Below, in pieces: positions 49,121 through 58,205 of a stretch of DNA of 58,205 nucleotides. Below the pieces are notes generated by a model. That model made no database searches. It saw only the letters and a program-made list of their open reading frames with translations, and was not told the origin of the DNA. Position 1 is the stretch's first letter; every line of letters starts with the position of its first letter. Made by a program: the position numbers and the translations under genes. The stretch is from Octopus bimaculoides (taxonomy: Eukaryota). The DNA lies in assembly GCF_001194135.2 (NCBI RefSeq), contig NC_068996.1, positions 16,661,182-16,719,386 on the forward strand, given 5' to 3'.

Positions 49121-49874
49121 AAGCGAGCAAGAACTAAGTAAAGAAAAGAAAACAACCAGATGACAAATACTTTTGAACAAGTAGAAATAGTAATCGATAA
49201 ATGAATTATCATTCAGTTTTACGTGTTTCGTTATTTAAAGCAGCTGGTTCTATTCTGTCGAGGCAGAACAAAGAGCTAAAGAGTGGCTAAGAACTAAGAA
49301 AGAGTGCAAAGGAAAGTGGCTAGTCGTGGCTGTTATAGAATGGAAAATAATAAGAGGAGAAAACAGATGAATTTTAATTAAGCCTCTTAACCTTTAAACG
49401 ACTGGCATATAAGTCTCTGATTGGTCAAGGCAATACACATGACAAGTCAGTCGCAAAATATTTTTAGATTCTAAGTTTTTAAAATTTATGACTGCTTTTA
49501 TTTTTATCTCCTATTCTAAAATCTATGACAGGATTTCTTTATTCTCAGAGGAACAGTTCTGTATCATACGACATCAAGACTGAAACAACAGACATCATAG
49601 GCAACAGTGCTAGACGACAGAATGGGCAAAACTAATATTTCCACGTATTTATCGCCACGGTCCAGCTGAATGGCAATATTTTAAGTCTCCATTTTACTGA
49701 AAATTGTTGGCAACTAGATAACGCTGAATACTTTTTGGCAAAGATATGGACGCTCGAATTAATTCTAGTGGAAAGGCTACACATTTTCAACTCAGTTTAG
49801 GTGATGAATTTATTCAAAAGAATACAGTGAACTTGCCGCTGGGAGTGGAATATCAAGAGTTTCGGGACATTATA

Positions 49875-50430
49875 TGTGGCCATGCTGGGGCACTACATTG
49901 AACAGTTTTGGTTGAACAAATCGACCCCAGTCCAAATTTTATATCTGGTGCTTATTCTATCGATCTCTGTCGCCGAACCATTAAGTAATGTGGATACAAA
50001 CAAAGCTACACTGGTTGTCAAAAGGTGATGAGGGACAAGCACAAACACATACACACACGCGTATACACATGTACAAACATACACCCCACACACACACACA
50101 CACACGTCGAGCTTCCACACAGTTCTTATTTCTTTATTGCCCACAAGGGGCTAAACATAGAGGGGACAAACAAGGACAGATAAAGGGATTAATTCGATTA
50201 CACAGACCCCAGTGCGTAACTGGTACTTAATTTATCGACCCCAAAAGGATGAAAGGCAAAGTCGACCTCGGCGGAATTTGAATTCAGAACGTAACGGCAG
50301 ATGAAATACCGCTAAGCATTTTGCCCGGCCAGTTCTTGCCTACCAAATTCGCCCACAAGATATTGGTCAACCGGAAGACAATTTGCCCAAGATGTCACGC
50401 AGTGGGACTTAACCTGAATCCATGTGGTTG
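49875..50430 (-). mobile_element. Old SINE X (49875-50127 and 50330-50430) interrupted by a headless SINE Z (50128-50329)
   Basis: The X sequence resumes after Z. CAGTTCTT is duplicated at 50120-27 and 50330-37. Confidence 0.85.
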
Positions 50431-51763
50431 TAAAATGAGCTCCTGGTTTCATTTTCAGCTTTTTTTTTCCTAACGCAGTCNNNNNNNNNNNNNNNNNNNN
50501 NNNNNNNNNNNNNNNNNNNNNNNNNNNNNNNNNNNNNNNNNNNNNNNNNNNNNNNNNNNNNNNNNNNNNNNNNNNNNNNNNNNNNNNNNNNNNNNNNNNN
50601 NNNNNNNNNNNNNNNNNNNNNNNNNNNNNNNNNNNNNNNNNNNNNNNNNNNNNNNNNNNNNNNNNNNNNNNNNNNNNNNNNNNNNNNNNNNNNNNNNNNN
50701 NNNNNNNNNNNNNNNNNNNNNNNNNNNNNNNNNNNNNNNNNNNNNNNNNNNNNNNNNNNNNNNNNNNNNNNNNNNNNNNNNNNNNNNNNNNNNNNNNNNN
50801 NNNNNNNNNNNNNNNNNNNNNNNNNNNNNNNNNNNNNNNNNNNNNNNNNNNNNNNNNNNNNNNNNNNNNNNNNNNNNNNNNNNNNNNNNNNNNNNNNNNN
50901 NNNNNNNNNNNNNNNNNNNNATATATATGTATATATACACACACATTCATACATACATATATACATATATATATATACATACACACATACACATACACAC
51001 ATACACATACACACATACACATACACACATACATGCGTACAGACATACAAACATGCATATATAGACATATACACACACGCACACACAAATACACACACAT
51101 ATATGTGTGTATGTATGTGGGTGTGCATATATATATATATATACATGCTTACATGCACAAAACGCACATACATACAGACATATACATACATACGTACATA
51201 CATTCGTACGCACATACCTACGCACATAAATGCATGCACACACACACACACACAAACGCACACATACGAACACATACGCACGTTTCATACACTTCTATTT
51301 CATCTTATTTCTCTTCATATTTATATCCTTTCCTTTTATTATTTTATTCTTACTTTATTCATTTATTTGAGTTACAGAACATATCGTAATTAGGTTTAGA
51401 ATTAAGGAAAAAAAGGAAAAAAAAAAAATTTTCCTTTCTTTTCTTTTTTTTTTGCAAAAAATATGTTTATTTCAGGATTATCTCGAAGTTCTCTGTAATT
51501 GTTTTTTTCACATATTGAATAAAATTTTTGGATAAAACATGCCGCGATTCCATCATATTTATCTTTGTTTCCAATTCTTACATTTTATTATATTTTTTCC
51601 CTTCTTTTCCTTTATGCAATTGCATGTTCAGATAGTTTACGTTTTATTGTTAAATTAATCCTATACACCTTTCCGACAAAGAGGTTGGTTTTGATAATAT
51701 TATTTTTATTATGATTATCGTTGTTGATATTATTATTATCATTATTATTATTATTATTATTAA

Positions 51764-51802
<39 letters not shown>

Positions 51803-51842
51803 CATCATCATCATCATCATCATATCATCATCATCATCATCA

Positions 51843-51897
<55 letters not shown>

Positions 51898-51932
51898 TAT
51901 CATTATTATTATCATCATCATTATTATCATCA

Positions 51933-52000
<68 letters not shown>

Positions 52001-52899
52001 AATGTTATTATCTATTTCCAAATATGTATTTAACCATTTATATAACTATGCTTAAACATATTTTGCATTTATCGGTGTATGTTATAACGTGAATATGTGT
52101 CTTGGCGCATGCGCGTGTGTGTCGTGTGTATGCATACACGTGTGAATGTATAAAAAGTATGTAAGAGTACTTGAATGCAATACAATTGCGTACGATTGTT
52201 TGTGTACCTGTATACATGTGTACGTGTATAAATATATATACGTATACACACAAATATATGTGTGTGTGTATGTATCTACATACGTATGTATGTATGTATG
52301 TATGTATGTATGTATGTATGTATGTATGTATGTACGTATGTATGTATGTATGCATGTATGTATGGGTAGGATGTTGTTCTATCTTAAATCTTCCTATGGA
52401 GAAACAATGCTACATCGTTGGAATTTTAAAAACAACATTAAATGTTATATGTTGAATTTGGGAAAAGTTTTGCATATTTTCTATTCACTTTCTTGACTGA
52501 GAACCGATGGTATTCCAGGTTACAACTGAAACATTTACTAACATGGCCAAGGGCACCAAAAATTATAGATATAAATGAGAATACAGAATCTGGGTATAGA
52601 AGTTACAGGTTTCGAAGCAACTCACCATAAACTTTCGAGTTTTGGACGAATTCCTTACATCTACAGGACCAATAACTTTTATAACTGTACATGACTTTAG
52701 CGGCATTTCTTGTAGCTCTTTACGTTTTGAGTTCAAATCCCGTTGAAGTCAACCTTGCCTTCCATCCTTTCGGGGTTGATAATATAAAGTTCCTTTTAAG
52801 CACTGGAGTTGATGGTTTAGAATAATCCTTTCCCCTTACAATGCTGGCCGTGTTCCACTATTTGAAACCATTTTCCTAATCTAAACAACTATATCAGAA

Positions 52900-53950
52900 G
52901 CATTTGCAATTCTAACAAAGTTTTCATTCGGTAAAAGTTATGAAAGATAAATTCCACCAATATTCCTTGTGTTGAAATGCATGTACATCCTCAACAGGAA
53001 AACTATTTTCTCCGCTTCTTCTGAAAATATTTTCTTGCAGATTGCATTGCATATTGTCACAGTAACAATATCTGTAGCATCATAAGATTATGTTATGGAT
53101 ATAAGCAAAGTAGTCTCGCTTCAAAATTACTTGGTTTCGAGTTCAGTTCGAATTGATCAAAGTTTTATGGGTGGAATTTGTTGGACAGAAACAGCGTTGA
53201 AACACAGAGGAAGAACGGTTTTTCGTCCTGAGTAATCGGCTTAATGCATCGCACGATTTAACACCCCTCGCATGGCCTTTTGATACCTTTGGCGAAATTT
53301 GCTTTGCTACAAGAATTCATATCAGGTTTTCTGGCTGAAGATAACTTCCTAACTTCAATCTGTTCAGTCTCGGAAATCCTGTAAAAAAAGTCTAGGAAAC
53401 TCACCTAACCCCACTGATTTGATTAAGTGATGTAAAGAGCAAAAGTGCCTTCAAAACATTTTGCGGGACATGTTTGTGATGTTTTCAACTCCCAAGTAAT
53501 ATAATCGATATTTTCAGTAGCATCATGAATAGACAAGCTTCCATGTCTATTTGTTAAACAGGTAATTAGATTGTAAAAATCACGTCCTTTAAACGGCGAT
53601 ATACAATAGCAGTTGCTAATCTTACTCATTCTATCGATGCCAGCATAGATCTTTAATGAAAACATACAGATGCATACCTTCATTTTTTTTCTTTTTCTTT
53701 TTGTCATGCTGGGCCTCGCCTTAAAGTCTAGATTGAAATAGTTTGGTTCAACAGTTTTAGTTTCAGATTCACCTGGAAATACATTATTGAGTACTTAAGT
53801 AATTCATTGCCTGCCACTAAGAGGTTGTTCTCTTCACCTTGAGCTAATGAGTAATGTGTTTGTATTTTGTGATGTTGATTAACTATTGCTATCTCAGTGA
53901 TATCAATACCACTCTCCAAAAAAGTTGTATGGTTGACACTACATGACATG
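52900..53950 (-). mobile_element. Possible very decayed Penelope-like RT remnant
   Basis: Weak motif echoes only (e.g. DYITWELKTSQTC versus DVTMGSxDGAETC). Confidence 0.25.
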
Positions 53951-53959
53951 GCAGTGTGG

Positions 53960-55330
53960 TGATACTTACTATACTTGTAATCTATCTGGGCTGATCCTAA
54001 ACTCCTTCCCCTGTTTTTTCTTCTGCGATCGAGCTAGTCAATATCACTGTCTCTGTTAGTTTCTAGATCTTGTAGGCTTTAATATCTCTGGAGTAGATTT
54101 CTTGTTAAGCCAGCGCCATACAGAATCCAATTCTATTCCAGCCCACTGTACACCATATAGCATGATTTTAAACTATCGTAGATATGCCGGGGATCGCATC
54201 GGTTTATCTATCTCTGTCTGTGCTACCGACAAGTATCAACCTCCTTGACAATGCCTTCAACTTTGTGATTAACAGAATTATGGGTGTGAAGATCTTTATC
54301 AGACCCATTACCCAATTTCAAATCCTTTTTCTCGGTACTGTCACTACCATCCAGTTTCCAGTGTTCTGCTTGTTGCAACAGACAACAAATAAGGCAAAAG
54401 CGAATACGTCTGGTATTTTAATAATATGGTTAGTGTGGCAGGCCATCCACCTTTGATGATTCGTCTCCACAGCTAGTGAACATTTCGTCTGCTGAAGTCG
54501 GCTTTTCATCCTTCATTCCTGGCCGAGAGTCGCAGTAGGCCATCGAAGTAGGCGTCGAAGTCCACTATCTCCAAAACGTCGCTCTTCATTCGGTCAAATG
54601 TTCTCGGAAAACAGCAGATATTTTATTGGAATTGGATAACAAGAGAGTTTTGACCCGTAAAAGACTGAATAGTGGCTTTGTTGCTATATTATATCTCCGG
54701 CACAAAGGCTCACCAAACAGCTCTCATGCTTTTGTGTTTCAGAGTACTTGCTATGATACGAGCAACACATCTATCGTGTTTCGAGGCGACGAAATGGTCG
54801 AGGGCCATTCTCAGCGCTAGTACATTATTTGTGATGCTTCTCCCAAGCATCTCTACTGTCTGATTTACCAGCTCTTCCTCTTTTCTAATGATCTCTGCCG
54901 CTACTTCTTTCAAAAAAGCTACGAAAGTGCATCTTTCTGTTTAGTGAGACTCACCACCTGACGCCCTCTGTCATTTCCTACTGAACCAATTCCATCATCC
55001 GGTCTGTGACAACTTTATGCGCAGAGAATGATGAGTTCGGTTTCTAGTTATGAGCTCCTGCCTCTTGGTTCTATCTTGGTTGATTTAACATATCACAATG
55101 TTGTGGTCAGTGTAGTTAACTTCACGAATCCGTGGACAATTTGACATTAAATCCTATCGATTTACTTTAAAATTCTAAGTACCAACAGACAGACTCGCTG
55201 CGATTTGTCCACATTAACGCATTAAAGTTTCAAGATAAAAGCTGTCAGACATTTGGAAATACCTGAACAAGTCTACAAGACCTTTACATACTTCTTTCCT
55301 TTCGCCTTCTCCCAGACAATTCATAACGCT
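53960..55330 (-). mobile_element. Tx1/L1-like LINE, decayed endonuclease end plus RT N-terminus
   Basis: CPRIREVNYTDHNIVIC (compare 15710), VDGLP, IKIFTPIILLITKLKALSRRL (NFRPITLLN motif), DAIPG. Confidence 0.65.
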
Positions 55331-55997
55331 AACAAATGATTGTGTTGTTATGATTGGTTGTATTGTTGCAGTTATGCTGGCAGAAACGTTAAAGCGTCGG
55401 AAGAAAAAAAAATAGTTCGCGGTGTTTGTTTCAAATATCTAGGTTCTGAGTTCAAATCACTCCAATGCCAATTTTACCTTTCAGTTTTTGTGGGTAAGAA
55501 CATGCCAATCAGTTACTGGAGCAGATGTAATTGCTGGTCTTATGACAAGAATTAGAAAATATTGGACACGCCTGAAATTTAGAATAAGGGGACAGTCGAC
55601 TGCATCAACTCCAATGCTCAACTATTACTCATTTTATCGACCCTGAAAGGATCACAAACAATATCGATCTCGGCAGAATTTGAACTCGTTGATTGCAGGG
55701 AAAAACAAGAAGACAAAACAAGAAAAACGAGAATTACTAGGACATGAAGAAGCATTATTCAACAAGGAGTTACACAAACAACTTCATGTGACCACAATTC
55801 AAGTTGCAGGAAGACATAAATGGGACTAATTAAAAAAATGGAACACTTTAAAAGGAAACTGGATGCACTATGCTTGCAGCACGACCAAGCTTTGGCTATA
55901 GATTGGAAGGTCAGACTTAGAAATGAGCAAATATCTCCGATGTCCTGAATATGTCATGAATTTGATAACACTATTGCCCATATTGTAAATGAATAGT

Positions 55998-56209
55998 CTT
56001 TTACTCTTTTACTTGTTTCAGTCATTTGACTGCGGCCATGCTGTAGCACCTCCTTTAGTCGAGCACATCGACCCCAGGATTTATTCTTTGCAAGCCTAGT
56101 ACTTATTTTATCGGTCTCTTTTTGCCGAACCGCTAAGTTACGGGGGACGTAAACACACCAGCATCGGTTGTCAAGCGATGGTAGAGGGGGGCAAGCAAAC
56201 ACAGACACA

Positions 56210-56276
<67 letters not shown>

Positions 56277-56450
56277 TTACATATATACGACGGGTTTCTT
56301 TCAGTTTCCATCTACCAAATCTACTCACAAGGCTTTGGTCGGTCCGAGGCTATAGTAGAAGACACTTGCCCAACGTGCCACACAGCGGGACTGAACCCGG
56401 AATCATGTGGTTGGTAAGCGAGCTATTTACCACACAGCCACTCCTGCGCC
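55998..56450 (-). mobile_element. SINE family X, full length, young
   Basis: Close match to 11881-12317 and to the reverse complement of 40935. Confidence 0.9.
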
Positions 56451-56840
56451 AACATTTGCCTGAAACCAATAAAAGTTGTAGTGATGACATGATGAGATAG
56501 CAAACCTTCTACAGTAGAAACTGAAAAGTGAGGATTAGAGACGAGCAAGACATGGCACGACCATAAACCATAGAGAATGACTGAATTGTTTGGGATCCTT
56601 TTGACAGAAGTCTACAACAACAGGCAGAAAGGGAGAATTTGCAGTTCTATAAAACGAGAAGTGGTTGTCCTCCTACAGGAAGTCTTTTACTTTAACACAT
56701 ACAGAAGTGGGAAGCGATGGTATGGGAGCAAACATACACACAAACACACACACACACACACACACATATACATATACATTTACATATATATACATGCATA
56801 AATATATACATACATGTATACATATATAAATATTTATATA

Positions 56841-56872
<32 letters not shown>

Positions 56873-57332
56873 NNNNNNNNNNNNNNNNNNNNNNNNNNNN
56901 NNNNNNNNNNNNNNNNNNNNNNNNNNNNNNNNNNNNNNNNNNNNNNNNNNNNNNNNNNNNNNNNNNNNNNNNNNNNNNNNNNNNNNNNNNNNNNNNNNNN
57001 NNNNNNNNNNNNNNNNNNNNNNNNNNNNNNNNNNNNNNNNNNNNNNNNNNNNNNNNNNNNNNNNNNNNNNNNNNNNNNNNNNNNNNNNNNNNNNNNNNNN
57101 NNNNNNNNNNNNNNNNNNNNNNNNNNNNNNNNNNNNNNNNNNNNNNNNNNNNNNNNNNNNNNNNNNNNNNNNNNNNNNNNNNNNNNNNNNNNNNNNNNNN
57201 NNNNNNNNNNNNNNNNNNNNNNNNNNNNNNNNNNNNNNNNNNNNNNNNNNNNNNNNNNNNNNNNNNNNNNNNNNNNNNNNNNNNNNNNNNNNNNNNNNNN
57301 NNNNNNNNNNNNNNNNNNNNNTATATATATAT

Positions 57333-57378
<46 letters not shown>

Positions 57379-57523
57379 ATATAAATGTACATACACACAC
57401 ACACACATATATATACATATATATGTACATGCACACACACACATATATATATACATAAATATAAATAATTATATATATACATTTATATATATGTGTATAT
57501 GCAATATATACATACATATATAC

Positions 57524-57596
<73 letters not shown>

Positions 57597-57770
57597 TATA
57601 TACACATATATACATGCATACATATATTTATACATATAACATACATACATATATATGTACATACATATAGATATATATATGTACATACATACATACATAT
57701 ATATGTTTATATATATATACACTTATATACATGCATACGTATATATATATACACATAATATATATATATT

Positions 57771-58152
57771 CTTTTATTCTTTTATTTGTTTCAGTCAATT
57801 GACTGTGGCCATACTGGGGCACCACCTTTAATCGAACAGATCGACCTCAAGACTTATTCTTAGTAAGCCTAATAGTTATTCTATAGAACACTTTTGCCGA
57901 ACCGCTAGATTATGGGGATGTACACACACCAACATCGGTTGTCAAGTTATGGTGGGGGTACAAACACAGACACACAAACGTATATATATACATATATATA
58001 CTCGGGCTTCTTTCAGTTTCATTCTACTAAATCCACTCACAAGGCTTTGGTCAGCCTAAGGCTATAGTAGAAGACTCCTGCCCAAGGTGCCACGCAGTGG
58101 GACTGAACCTCGAATCATGTGGTTGGTAAGCAAACTACTTACCCCACAGCCA
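57771..58152 (-). mobile_element. SINE family X, full length
   Basis: Same modules as 55998-56450. Confidence 0.85.
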
Positions 58153-58160
58153 ATACATAC

Positions 58161-58205
<45 letters not shown>

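Overview
AT-rich, microsatellite-saturated animal genomic DNA from a fragmented draft assembly with 17 N-gaps, most abutting simple repeats. The SINE families and repeat vocabulary look, from recall rather than a search, like an octopus (coleoid cephalopod) genome. No complete protein-coding gene can be read. Nearly all ORFs in the track are microsatellite or gap artefacts, or pieces of dead transposons. The window holds: seven R4/Dong-like RLE-type LINE fragments, all on the minus strand and mostly beside (TAA)n-type tracts; three Tx1/L1-like fragments; CR1-like and RTE-like remnants; Penelope-like (PLE) fragments; an Hsmar1-like mariner end; hAT- and mariner-type MITEs; and more than 20 tRNA-headed SINE copies in three or more families. 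The most notable feature outside the ORF track is a ~140-bp palindrome at 40.63-40.77 kb made of two divergent minimal type-I hammerhead ribozyme motifs with a self-complementary helix III, next to a PLE fragment. A similarly built palindrome (3.95-4.07 kb) and two decayed hammerhead-like motifs also occur. Speculative host-gene signals include a CUB-like phase 1-1 exon with an in-frame UAG at 8341-8538, micro-exon-like sites and a recursive-splice-like AG|GTAAGT site.
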